From positions 23,606-87,605 of the forward strand of contig CAXTVK010000002.1 in the NCBI GenBank assembly GCA_964247655.1: DNA of 64,000 nt, read 5' to 3'. Of this stretch, positions 39,614 to 49,732 are shown one piece after another. Below the pieces are notes generated by a model that made no database searches, had not been told where the DNA came from, and worked only from the letters and a program-made list of their open reading frames with translations. The position numbers and the translations under genes are program-made. Each line of letters starts with the position of its first letter. Position 1 is the stretch's first letter. Origin of the DNA: an uncultured Sphingomonadaceae bacterium. GTDB lineage: Bacteria; Pseudomonadota; Alphaproteobacteria; Sphingomonadales; Sphingomonadaceae.

Positions 39614-39997
39614 TCAGCATTCCCCATAGGCCGGCATGGCTCGCTTAAGGTGGAGATCGCCATAGCGCCGGCCGTGAACGTAGATGCCGAACATGAGCCC
39701 GGCCGCCATCCCGCCATGCGCGACGACGAGCAGCTGCCCACGGTGCAGAACGGAGAGGTTCGGCGCGAACCAGCGCACCCCGAAGAGCAGCACGGCAACC
39801 GCGATCGGCACGAGGCCGGCGCGGTGATGGTCGCCCTCGTGCGGCCGGCCCGCGAGGCAGCGCCAGGCCGACGACGTCCACCAGACCACGATCGCCACCG
39901 CCAATACCGTCGTGAAGATGCGCAGGCCGTTCGTGACGGACAGCAGCGACGGGTAGGCGTCGGCGAGCGCGCTCCATAGGCGGGGGTGGGTCATCAC
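39614..39997 (-). CDS. Phage-associated membrane protein
   Basis: 127 aa with 3 hydrophobic segments, upstream of the holin-like gene. Confidence 0.5.
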   Translation of the reverse strand: MMTHPRLWSALADAYPSLLSVTNGLRIFTTVLAVAIVVWWTSSAWRCLAGRPHEGDHHRAGLVPIAVAVLLFGVRWFAPNLSVLHRGQLLVVAHGGMAAGLMFGIYVHGRRYGDLHLKRAMPAYGEC

Positions 39998-40138
39998 TTT
40001 AAACTCCGTCGAAGCTGCTCTCGCGCCATCGGATAACCTCCACTGTCATTCGGGTCGGGGGAACTGTCGCCAGCGTGAATAGTCGTCACATCTTCGGTTC
40101 AGACGGGGAGGATCAATCTTCCCGCCTACGAAAAGGAG

Positions 40139-40438
40139 ATGATCATGAAACGAGGACTTGGACTTCTTGCCGCTGTCGCCACGGTCGCGACGATCGCTAT
40201 CTCGGCACCGGCGTCCGCGCAGGGTTACGACCGATCGAGCCGCGAATGGCAGGCTCACCACCAGCGTGAGCGTGAAGTTCACCATGAGGAGCAACGAGAA
40301 TGGCGAGGCCATCATCAGCGAGCTGTCGCAATAGATCGCGAGGAGCATGCGCGCTTCGAAGATCACCATCGTCGTGTTTTGGAGCAGCGGCACGACGATC
40401 GCGTGCGCGATCGTTACCGGAACAGCCGGGGCTATTGA
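40139..40438 (+). CDS. Secreted His/Arg/Glu-rich low-complexity protein
   Basis: RBS AAGGAG; signal peptide ending ASA-Q; repeated (E)WxxHHQR. Confidence 0.7.
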   Translation: MIMKRGLGLLAAVATVATIAISAPASAQGYDRSSREWQAHHQREREVHHEEQREWRGHHQRAVAIDREEHARFEDHHRRVLEQRHDDRVRDRYRNSRGY

Positions 40439-40492
40439 ACTAAGCGGCGCTGCGGCCCGTCGCTGCAGCGCCGATCTTGCGCAGGTTCCGCT

Positions 40493-41450
40493 TCAGATAA
40501 CGAAGGTGAGCGCGCCGACGATCGCCTTCGCCAGGATGCGATTGCCGATGTCGTTCGCCTGGAAGCTGTCCTTGGGCATGGACGGCCCGGTGGTGCTGCT
40601 CGCGATCGTGGCGGTCTTGTGATCGCCGTAAATCGGAACCCCCGATTCGACCCATCGCCTCGTCGCGTGGATCGTCACAATTTCGGGATGGACCGTGCGG
40701 AGCCAGTTGACCGCTTGATCCACTTGTCGACCGCAGTCGCCATCGTACCATCCGGCTGCTGTCCGGCGACCAGCGTCCATCGGCGGCGATGTCGTTGAAG
40801 CCGTAGGTGATCGGTGAGCTCCATAGCGCCATTTCCGAGTTTAACGCGAAATGCGCGGGTCGCTGCTGCAGGCTGAGCGCATAGTCAGCGCGGAATACAT
40901 AATTGGTCTCGATGCGCTGCCAGAAGCCCGTCGTGAAGCTGTACGTCCCATCGCTGGCAGTGCCGTTGCTCGCGCCATCATTGTGGATTGGCATCTCGAA
41001 CAGGATCAGATCGGGCTCAAATGCCCAGACCTCATTGTCGTGATATTTCGGCAGGCCGCGCCCATAGAGCGCGTTGGTATTGTAGCCGCCGCGCGCCGCA
41101 TTGACGACGGTCAGCATAAACTGGCGTCGGGACCATTCGAAGCCCAATACATGAAGCGGCCGGCCGCCTGCCCGGTGAACGTGATCAGTTTCGTCGTTGC
41201 CCGGCTATCGACTGCGCCGCCCTTGCACCGAACTTGGGCTGCTTCTGATACTGCGTGTTGCTCCTGGTCTGGATAGAAACCGTCGTCTTCACGTCCGTTT
41301 CCGGATTGGGGATATCGTAATTCGCCGTTGTTGACGCGCTCTCGCGCATCGAGAAAGTGTAGCGGTTCTCCTCGACCCACGACGGGGACCCTCGTCGTAG
41401 ACCTGCACCTGCCCATTGCCGGTGCTGATCGTCGCGGCGACTGTCGGGCA
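40493..41450 (-). pseudogene. SGNH-hydrolase-like phage tail/spike protein remnant
   Basis: VNAARGGYNT..PDLILFEMPIHND (SGNH blocks II/III), broken across frames. Confidence 0.45.
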
Positions 41451-41461
41451 GCCAGCGCTAT

Positions 41462-41900
41462 TGAGCTGCCCCCGTCTGAGTGGTCCATCGACTATGATAG
41501 TCTGGACCAAGATGAGCCTGCCCCCATCTCTGGTCCGGCCTTTGTGAGAAAACCGGTCTCTTTTTGCATCAGGGCAGGCATGCCTGCCCTGATGCAAAAG
41601 CGCGCTCCGTCGGGGTCTGGTTGCCGAGGGGCTATGCGGGCGGACCTCAATGTAGTCGATCCGCCACGCCTCACATTTTACCCGAGCGTCGTCCAAGCTC
41701 GAGAACCAAAAGGCGTTAAGGCATTCGGCCCGGACGCGGCCGTTGAAGGACTCGGCGAAGGCGTTGTCGTTGGCTTGCCGGGGCGGCTAAAATCGAGGAC
41801 GACGCCGTGGGTCCAAGCCCATAGATCCAAGTCTTTCGAGATGACTCCGGCCCATTGTCAGACGTACCCGCTTCGGCCGCCGGTGGCTGGCCGCAACTCG
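41462..41900. mobile_element. Two abutting IS3-family remnants
   Basis: TGAGCTGCCCCC..TGATAGTCTGGACC end at 41462, a second TGAGCCTGCCCCC end at ~41513, then decayed integrase-core sequence on the minus strand. Confidence 0.6.
41562..41599. repeat. Perfect 38-bp palindrome without spacer
   Basis: TTTTGCATCAGGGCAGGCA|TGCCTGCCCTGATGCAAAA. Confidence 0.95.
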
Positions 41901-42113
41901 ATCAAGAGTTTGTACGATGCTAGCTGTTCAGCGCGACGTTTGCGATTGTTATTGGGCGCGCTTGAGTCCGCGATCGACTCCGCACGCGCGGGCAGTCAGC
42001 GACGTTTGCTGAGCGTTGCGACAATCACTGAGAGTTCGAAGAAAAAACTGATCTATTCGGCGGCACATACGGCGATTGCCGCGATTGCGGCGATCGGGGG
42101 GTATCGGCACTCG

Positions 42114-43421
42114 CTATTGTTTGCCGACGCCGTGATAGCGTAGCCCAGCCGCCACGACGTCCTCGGGCGGATAGATGTTGCGCAGGTCGACCAGCACCGG
42201 CGTCGCCAGCAGCCCCGCGATCCGCTCGAGGTTGAGCGCGCGGAACGCGTCCCATTCCGTTACGATCACCAGTGCATCGGCACTGTCGGCGACTGCATAG
42301 GGATCGTCGAGGAAATCGACGCCGGTCAGCACCAGCTTGGCCTGCTCGACGCCCTCGGGATCGAAAGCGCGAACCTTGGCGCCCGCATCCTGCAGCGTCT
42401 GGATCACGGAGATCGCGGGCGAATCGCGCATGTCGTCAGTGTTGGGCTTGAAGGTGAGCCCGAGCACGCCGACGGTCTTGCCGCGCACGTCGCCGCCCAT
42501 CGCCTTGATCACCTTGCGCCCCATCGCGCGCTTGCGCGCATCGTTAGCGGCAATCGTCGCCTCGACGATGCGCAGCGGCGATTCGTGGTCGTCTGCGGTC
42601 TTGAGCAGTGCCAGCGTATCCTTGGGGAAGCAGGATCCACCATAGCCGGGGCCGGCGTGGAGGAACTTGCGACCGATCCGGTTGTCCATCCCGATCCCGC
42701 GCGACACCTCCTGCACGTCGGCGCCGACCGCTTCGCACAGATCGGCGATCTCATTGATGAAGGTGATCTTGGTCGCAAGGAATGCGTTGGCGGCGTATTT
42801 GATCAGCTCGGCGGTCCGCCTACCGGTGAACAGGATCGGCGACGACTGGTTGAGCGACAGCGGGCGGTAGATCGCGCGCAGCACGCCACGGATCGATTCG
42901 TCGTCGGTGCCGATGACGACGCGATCGGGGCGCTTGAAGTCGTCGATCGCAGCGCCTTCGCGGAGGAATTCGGGGTTGGAGGCGACGGTGATGCCCCTGG
43001 TGGGTGCGACCTCGGCCACAATCCTCTCGACCTCGTCGCCGGTGCCGACGGGCACGGTCGACTTGGTGATCAGCACCGCGGGGCCGTCGAGTGCGGCCGC
43101 CACCTCGCGGACCGCGGCGAAGACGTAGCTAAGATCGGCATGCCCATCGCCGCGCCGCGACGGCGTGCCGACCGCGATGAACACCGCATCCGTGCCTTTT
43201 ACGCCCGCGACCAGATCGGTAGTGAATGACAGCCGACCCGCCTTGACGTTGGCGGCGACCAGCGCGTCGAGCCCGGGCTCGAAGATCGGCATCATGCCGC
43301 GGTCGAGCGCCGCGATCTTGGCGGGGTCCTTGTCGACGCAGACGACCTCATGCCCGAAATCGGAGAAGCACGCGCCCGAGACCAGCCCGACATAGCCCGT
43401 TCCGATCATCGTGATGCGCAT
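42114..43421 (-). CDS. ugd: UDP-glucose 6-dehydrogenase
   Basis: IGTGYVGL, AVGTP, KSTVPVGT, NPEFLREG, KYAANAFLA, GYGGSCFPKD, FKPNTDDMR. Confidence 0.95.
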   Translation of the reverse strand: MRITMIGTGYVGLVSGACFSDFGHEVVCVDKDPAKIAALDRGMMPIFEPGLDALVAANVKAGRLSFTTDLVAGVKGTDAVFIAVGTPSRRGDGHADLSYVFAAVREVAAALDGPAVLITKSTVPVGTGDEVERIVAEVAPTRGITVASNPEFLREGAAIDDFKRPDRVVIGTDDESIRGVLRAIYRPLSLNQSSPILFTGRRTAELIKYAANAFLATKITFINEIADLCEAVGADVQEVSRGIGMDNRIGRKFLHAGPGYGGSCFPKDTLALLKTADDHESPLRIVEATIAANDARKRAMGRKVIKAMGGDVRGKTVGVLGLTFKPNTDDMRDSPAISVIQTLQDAGAKVRAFDPEGVEQAKLVLTGVDFLDDPYAVADSADALVIVTEWDAFRALNLERIAGLLATPVLVDLRNIYPPEDVVAAGLRYHGVGKQ

Positions 43422-43507
43422 GCTGGTCCCCTTATCGTCGTGCCGCTGCTGCTGCTAACGGATTACGGGCGCAGCGCAAAGTCGATCGTCACGTTCCTGT
43501 CCCGCGA

Positions 43508-44736
43508 TCAGCGTCCGAGCATGAATTTGGCGAACCGCGTCAGGCTATGCGGGTGGCGGCCATAGGCGGCATCGAGACGATCCGACTTGGCATAGGCACT
43601 CGCCGCCGCGCCCAGCGCGACCGCGAGCCTGCGCGGCAACGGCAGCATGTAGGCATATCCCGCGGTGAACTTGCGGACGCGGAAGGGCTCGCCCAGCAAC
43701 GGCGGTTCACGACCGAGTTGCTCGTCGCGTTCGAACAACTCGTCGTTGCGGACGTTCTCGAACCGACCGAACAGCGCGTGGCGCGGCGTCGCCGCATAGG
43801 TCGCCTCGACTAGGCACGCCGGGAGCACGCGCCCCGGCAGGACGGTCTTGCGCGAATAGGCGGCGGTGACCTCGAGGCCGTGCGCCGAATAGCTCGTGCT
43901 GGCGATCGCCGGTGCTCGTTGTGCTCCGGGGCGAGTGCCTCGGGGCTATGAAGCGCGCCATGGCTGATCTCGCTGCTCCACGCCTGCGACGGGTTCCGGG
44001 TCGCGCGGACCGACCAGCTGCCGAGCCGGGGCGTCTAGATATTATAGCGGTTCTCATCGGGCTTGCGGCCCTTGAATGCGCTGGCCTCTACCTGCCAGTG
44101 CGGCGTCGCATAGCCGGCCGTCGTGACGCCCAAGGTGATATGTGTTGAATCGAACCCATGATGCGTGATTGGCGCCTCGGGATCGCACCGCGCCGAGCTG
44201 CGGTGCATGAAGGCGGACGGCCCGAGCGCGGGCTCGGCGGGCAGTTCACTATAGACGATAGCCTGCCGTCCGAGCCGACCGCGACGTCGATCCGCGCCGA
44301 CATCTGCATGAACAGATCGTGCGGGTGCTGGCGATCGACCAGCGCGATCCCGTGAGCGGTATCGCCGCTGGCGAACAGAGCGGGATAGCCACGCTCGCCC
44401 ATTAGCGGATCGAGCGACAGCATCGATCGCAGCGTCAGATTGATACCGGACCCGAGCGGTCGCGCAGCCTCGAGCATCGCCATCGATTGGACGAGCGCCT
44501 CGCGCGACCCGCGCGGCTCGCCCTGGTCTGTCCTACAGCCCCAGGCATAGCCGGGGGCTATCATAATCCAGTCGCCCGCTATGACGTCGAGGCCGCGCAT
44601 CGTATGGTTCGCGGGAAAGGCCGGAGGTGCCCGAACCCGAGGTCGAGGATGTGACGCTCGTCGGCGCCGGTGTCGACAACGATGCTGCTTGGTCTCGGTT
44701 GGGACGCATGTCCATGCCGGCCATTCGTTTGTGCAA
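43508..44736 (-). pseudogene. Conserved outer-membrane hypothetical protein, multiply frameshifted
   Basis: SGTS..MLSLDPLMGERGYP..DRQHPHDLFMQ..MHR..EAPITHH..DSTHI..RFENVRNDELF in several frames. Confidence 0.75.
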
Positions 44737-44854
44737 ATGCTAACCGCGTCGACACAAGCGGCGCGCCTCCGTTAAATGTCGTATCGTCGTTCCGTCCGGT
44801 CGAGAGAAGAGCGACGAAGCCGGACGCCTCCGTAAACAAGCCTTTCCGGGCCGA

Positions 44855-45676
44855 TTAGAACGCGCGTTGGATGTTTTTGAGCAATCGGCATTGGCCCGAC
44901 ACGACTGAAGTAATCGGCCTTCTCGTATCGACAGATGATCCGTTTTTTCGTTCGATACGCAGGGTCGTGCGGTAGATCACGAACGGACCGAACCGCACCG
45001 CCGCAGGCATGAAGACCGCGCGCATCTCCGATCCGCCGCCGGTATCGGGGCGCGACGGGGTAACAGTGCCTTTAGCCTCATTCACTTCGATATCGAGTGG
45101 GTATGGCCTAGCGGGATCATCCATCAGACACCGCAGTATGACGACGCCCGATTGCAGTGTGTTCGTCGGCCTTATAGTTTGCGACTGATTTCTGGGCCTT
45201 CGCGTGATGGTATTTGCAGGATCGGAGATGATGTCGGAAGAGAGCATAGGCGGCGGCGAAGGCAGCGTACGGCTGGATTCAGCGCGTGAAGTAGCAGATG
45301 GAGCAAACTGTTCGGAAGGCGAGACGGAATGCTTGATAGTTGGGTCTGGGGTTTCATCGTCGGCGCGCGAGACGAAATGCGCCAAATGCTCGCCATGTTT
45401 GCTGAGAAGCGTCATTATCTGAAACTCGCACTTGAGGCTGGCTCCAAGAGGTTCAATGACGCGCACCGGTGTTCCTAGCGACCAAGTCGAGCTGAGCGCC
45501 TCGAGCTCTCCCATAGAAACCGATCGTTTTGCATATTCTAGAAAGCATTTGTCGCGTTTGGCGGTTACGACGATCTCGCCGCTTGCCGGCTCCCGATTAT
45601 CCGAAAGGACTGAAAGGGCAGCTGGCTGTGAAGCCTGGGCTAGCAATGTTATGGAGAGGACCAGCATCATAGCCAT
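44855..45676 (-). CDS. Secreted two-domain hypothetical protein
   Basis: Signal peptide, ExbD-periplasmic-like N-domain, Pro/Ser/Thr linker, beta-rich Cys-bracketed C-domain. Confidence 0.55.
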   Translation of the reverse strand: MAMMLVLSITLLAQASQPAALSVLSDNREPASGEIVVTAKRDKCFLEYAKRSVSMGELEALSSTWSLGTPVRVIEPLGASLKCEFQIMTLLSKHGEHLAHFVSRADDETPDPTIKHSVSPSEQFAPSATSRAESSRTLPSPPPMLSSDIISDPANTITRRPRNQSQTIRPTNTLQSGVVILRCLMDDPARPYPLDIEVNEAKGTVTPSRPDTGGGSEMRAVFMPAAVRFGPFVIYRTTLRIERKNGSSVDTRRPITSVVSGQCRLLKNIQRAF

Positions 45677-45985
45677 TTAGAACCGAAATCGCTGTGGCGA
45701 AAGCTAGGATATGTCCGTCCGTAACGGACGAATGATAGCGGCTATTGATGTTGATGAGGGAAAGCGGGTGGCGGATCGCGTCGTCGGGACGGCTTTCGGC
45801 CGTTTTCCTCGGTTACCGCGTATATCATCAAACTGGAGGGGAGCAGATCGTTGCGAGCCACCTTGCGGTTACGGTGCGCCGGACATTAAAGTAGCGGTCG
45901 GTCGCGTGAGACTGGCGCAGCAACTTGCGCGTTGGGGTCTTCCGGTGTCCGGCGATGCGCGAGGCAAAGTGATTGGAGAAGCCGA

Positions 45986-46342
45986 ATGATTCGTAGAAAT
46001 CGAGCCTTCCAGATGCCCCTCGTCTTCCTGGTAGGCGTTTCGTTAGCTAGCGCCGCTGCAGCGCAGTCCCGAGAAGTCGTTGATCCCAATACGGGAAATT
46101 ACGTGCCTGTGCCCGACCGGTTCGGCGAGGATTCTCCTAGGATGGATCCCGTCGGCAACGATCCCGCACGGATCAATGGACGAATATCGTCGCGGACGAC
46201 GCAGCCCGCCCCTCGCATCAACAACCGCGCATCGGCAGACCTGTCGGAACAGCCGCTCGTTTCGTTGGGCGGGATGTCGACATACCATCCGCCAGCAGGC
46301 GGCGCTTCGTCGTCCGTCTATCCCGATTGGTGGCCGCGGTAG
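45986..46342 (+). CDS. Small secreted hypothetical protein
   Basis: RBS GGAGA; signal peptide ..ASAAAAQ. Confidence 0.55.
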   Translation: MIRRNRAFQMPLVFLVGVSLASAAAAQSREVVDPNTGNYVPVPDRFGEDSPRMDPVGNDPARINGRISSRTTQPAPRINNRASADLSEQPLVSLGGMSTYHPPAGGASSSVYPDWWPR

Positions 46343-46423
46343 AACGTTGGTTCTCGTTTGATCGCGCTGCGATCGGCAACCGCGTGCAGAACTCGCTCAC
46401 CTTCAATACGAGGATGCCTTTAG

Positions 46424-46657
46424 ATGCGCAGATGTATCGGACTTATATCCTTGTGCATGATGATGACTACCCTTCAGGCCTGCCATAGCGAGACGACGCC
46501 GGAAGAAAACAGCGCCTATGTGGCTGATCAGGCGAATGAGGACGACGCTCTGAACGAAATTAGAGAGAATGCGGCCGAGGCTGTCGGCGCGAGCGAGGCC
46601 GTTGAGGGATTGATACCCGATCAAAATGGTCATGTGCCGATGGCAAACGTGCAGTGA
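46424..46657 (+). CDS. Small acidic lipoprotein
   Basis: Lipobox LQAC followed by an acidic helical tail. Confidence 0.55.
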   Translation: MRRCIGLISLCMMMTTLQACHSETTPEENSAYVADQANEDDALNEIRENAAEAVGASEAVEGLIPDQNGHVPMANVQ

Positions 46658-46799
46658 TCGACTGACATGGCTCAGCCCGGTAGATTCAGCGGCTCGGGTT
46701 CAATCGGCTCGACGGGCCATATCGCAGAATCGGATCACGTGTGTTAGCTGTCCGGCGTCGTGCCTAGGTTGGTCCAGCCTGTACCGGGAGAATGAACAG

Positions 46800-48323
46800 T
46801 TGAAGCGTCATCGGATCGGATGTGCCGTTGTCGGCGTGTCGCTGCTCTTGCTGCAATCGGTATCGCTTTCGGCCGCTCCAGGAAATGCGGGGATGCGCGC
46901 GAAGCTGGATGCTCGGCGCTGGTTCGTGCCGCAATTCCGCATAACCGCACTGCGCGACAAGGACGTGCAGGCGATGCCGCAGCTCCTTATCCGGCTGGGC
47001 CAGCTTCCCTATGCGCGCGACCATGCGATCGTCGATGCGATGATCGATCTGCCCACGCTCGCCAAATCGACCGGGTATAAGAGCATACCCGACGACGCCT
47101 GGGCGCCGGTCGATCAGATCCTCGAGCAGATGATCGCCGCAGGCCTGCCCCGGATTTTGCCGACGTTGACCTTCAAGCTCGATCCGAGCGACCCGATCCT
47201 GAGCCAATATTGCGCGCAGCAGGCGATATCGGGCGGTGACGGCAGGCCGGTCGTCTCGCCTGCGATCGCCAATGGAAGCTGCCTGCCGCAATATGCCAAT
47301 GCGGACTATCGCGCGCTGTTCACGCGTTTGACCGGACTGGCGGTCAGGCATCTCGAGACGCGATTCGGCAGCGCGATCATCGGGTACGAGCCCGTCGGAG
47401 GCGTCGCGGGGGAGATCGACTGGAAAGGGACGAGCGCGGACAAGAAGCCCGTGTTCGGCGACGTCTCGCCCTCGATGCTTGCCTATTTCAGGCAGCATAT
47501 GGCGGCATCGTCGAGCATGACCCAGGCCACATTGTCGACGCTCAACGCCCGCGTGCATGCTCGCTTCCCTTCGTGGGACGAGGTCGTGCCGCCGTCGCGG
47601 ACGGCGGCCGGAGGGCCGGAAGGCGACGGGGCGTTCGCAGGTGTCCTTGGCGAGCAGTTCGCGCTCGCCCGCGCCGAGGTGATGACCGCCTTCTATATCG
47701 GCGCGCGCGACACGGTGCGGCAGGCGGCGCCGACCAAACTCTTCTCGCTTCGCATGGGCGCGATCGTCGATCCGACAGCGGTGCTGCGCGGCAGCATCTT
47801 CCTCCAGCAATATGCCGATGCGATCCAACCCGATCTGATGGCCAGCGACGCCTCGACCTTCAACCATCTGTACGAGGCGCCGGTCGTCGCGCCGACGATC
47901 TATCGGCCAGGGCCGGACGGGCGTGGGATCAAGAAGGCCGACGCGCCGATGTGGATGTCGTTCGCGGATCGCGTCGCGCAATATACGGCGAAGAACAAGG
48001 ACTATCGCCAGAGCATGACGCAGCAGCTGACGGACTGCTTCAACAGCAACGGATTTCGCGCGGTCGGCTTCTACATGAATCCCTCGGAATTCCTGGCCGA
48101 CGATCAATATGGCCAGTTTCTGGCGTCGCTCGGGCCGTATTTCGATGCCGCGCCGAAAAACGTCGTGCCGGATCGGTTCGTGTCGATATCGCTCAGCAAA
48201 TTTGTCGACCAGCCCGCGGGCGGCAGTTCCTACGCCGACCTGCTGCGAACCTTGCGCGCTGAGACGCACAATTTCGCGGAGCCGGTCGCGATCCAGCTGA
48301 CCCAGGATATCGCCAAGCCCTGA
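46800..48323 (+). CDS. Secreted glycoside hydrolase (TIM barrel, GH42/GH14-like)
   Basis: Signal peptide; WAPVDQIL..AGL, PQYANADYR, IIGYEPVGGVAGEIDW, YFRQ..LNA..FPSWDEV. TTG start inferred. Confidence 0.6.
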   Translation: MKRHRIGCAVVGVSLLLLQSVSLSAAPGNAGMRAKLDARRWFVPQFRITALRDKDVQAMPQLLIRLGQLPYARDHAIVDAMIDLPTLAKSTGYKSIPDDAWAPVDQILEQMIAAGLPRILPTLTFKLDPSDPILSQYCAQQAISGGDGRPVVSPAIANGSCLPQYANADYRALFTRLTGLAVRHLETRFGSAIIGYEPVGGVAGEIDWKGTSADKKPVFGDVSPSMLAYFRQHMAASSSMTQATLSTLNARVHARFPSWDEVVPPSRTAAGGPEGDGAFAGVLGEQFALARAEVMTAFYIGARDTVRQAAPTKLFSLRMGAIVDPTAVLRGSIFLQQYADAIQPDLMASDASTFNHLYEAPVVAPTIYRPGPDGRGIKKADAPMWMSFADRVAQYTAKNKDYRQSMTQQLTDCFNSNGFRAVGFYMNPSEFLADDQYGQFLASLGPYFDAAPKNVVPDRFVSISLSKFVDQPAGGSSYADLLRTLRAETHNFAEPVAIQLTQDIAKP

Positions 48324-48460
48324 TCGCCGCGAAACCGGCCCTTCGGGCACGAAGCGCTTGACGCTGCGGCTGTCAGCCTGACAATCGAGCGCGACACGAG
48401 GCGCCGGACGGTGCCCGCATATCCGGCGTCGCATAGCGGCCGGGCAATTGGGGGTTCACG

Positions 48461-49726
48461 TTGAGTATCTTTACGAGGCGCCGCCGGGCGGCGAATTTCG
48501 CGGGGCTGCTGGCCGGATTCGGATTCGGGCAGGGATCGCTGTTCCTCGCGCAGACCTGGCTGCTGGCATCGGGCCAGATCCGCTTCATGGGGCAGTTCAG
48601 CTTCGCCTTCACGATGGTGATCCTCGCCTATCAGGCGATCGACCTCGGCGGCCTCGTCATCCTGTCGCGCCACGTCGCCGGCGACGATCACGGCGAGCAT
48701 CATTTTCCTACCTTCTACTGGTCGTTCTCGGCGCTGCGGCTCGCCATCGCACTGCTGCTCGCCATCGGGAGCATCGTCTGGGCGGCGTTGCAGCCGGCGT
48801 CGTTCGGCAGCAGCTATGCGGTCGCCGCCGCGGCGGGTCTCGTGCTATTCTCGCTGAATCCCGGCGGCGTGCTCGACGGCCACAACATGAGCGGCTGGTC
48901 GGGGGGGACGTGGGCGCTGCCGTTCGTCGCGAGCACGATAGCCCTGCCGTTCAGCACGCATCTGGTACCCGCGAGCGCCGGTCTCGTGCTCGGCGCGGCG
49001 CTCTCGATCGGCGCGGTGCTGGCGGTGGCGGCGCAATATGCCGTCCTGCATTGGCATGGGATCCATCTGCCGTGGAGCCGACCATCGCGCGCCGCGATGC
49101 GCGAAGGCGGACGCGAAGGCCTGCTCTACATGGTCGGCTGGCTTCCGGGACAGCTCTATTTCCGCGGCCAGACGGGGATAGCGATGGCGCTGCTCGGTCC
49201 GATCCCCACCGCGCTGTTCATCTACGCCAAGCAGCTCATCATGTCCGCGACGCGGTTCCTCTACTTCGCGCGGCGCGTCGAGTATCCCAATCTGGTGAGG
49301 CAACTCGCCGACCCGCGGCGGCTGGTATGGAAGGTGCTGACCATCCAGAAGGTCAGTCTCTGGATGGGCGCGTTCGGAACGCTCGCGTTCGCCGCGCTTG
49401 GGCTGTCGCTCCATCTTGCCTTTCCGCACAAGCTTCGCGGAGCCGGCCTCGTTATTGCGATGTTCGCGCCGATCATCCTCACCGCCTCGGTCAACGCGAC
49501 CTTCATGCAAGCCTGTTATGCTATGAAGCGCACGGATACGAGCGCTTGGACGGCAGTGTTGATCACCGTCGCGGGGCTAGCGCTACAAGCGGCGCTTGTT
49601 CCGATTATGGGAATGCCCGGCATCGCTTTGGCCGAAGCGCTAGTTCACACCATGGGCGTAGCACTTATCGTAATGAGCCTTAGTGATCGATATAAACGTA
49701 AAGCGATCAGGGGTACGGTGTTTTGA
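48461..49726 (+). CDS. wzx: Wzx-type polysaccharide flippase
   Basis: ~12 hydrophobic segments, MOP-like pattern, polysaccharide-cluster context. Confidence 0.7.
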   Translation: MSIFTRRRRAANFAGLLAGFGFGQGSLFLAQTWLLASGQIRFMGQFSFAFTMVILAYQAIDLGGLVILSRHVAGDDHGEHHFPTFYWSFSALRLAIALLLAIGSIVWAALQPASFGSSYAVAAAAGLVLFSLNPGGVLDGHNMSGWSGGTWALPFVASTIALPFSTHLVPASAGLVLGAALSIGAVLAVAAQYAVLHWHGIHLPWSRPSRAAMREGGREGLLYMVGWLPGQLYFRGQTGIAMALLGPIPTALFIYAKQLIMSATRFLYFARRVEYPNLVRQLADPRRLVWKVLTIQKVSLWMGAFGTLAFAALGLSLHLAFPHKLRGAGLVIAMFAPIILTASVNATFMQACYAMKRTDTSAWTAVLITVAGLALQAALVPIMGMPGIALAEALVHTMGVALIVMSLSDRYKRKAIRGTVF

Positions 49727-49732
49727 CGCCGA

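Larger units (their letters stand above)
36800..41450 (-). mobile_element. Decayed prophage late-gene remnant (tail-associated SGNH fragment, membrane/holin-like genes, endolysin) with opposite-strand accessory genes
   Basis: Co-oriented phage-type lysis genes with multiple frameshifts, bounded by IS scars. Confidence 0.65.

Noticed and set aside
46764-48434. 556-aa minus-strand ORF (and similar long antisense ORFs at 12179, 27667, 31080)
   Set aside because: Shadows of high-GC3 genes on the other strand.
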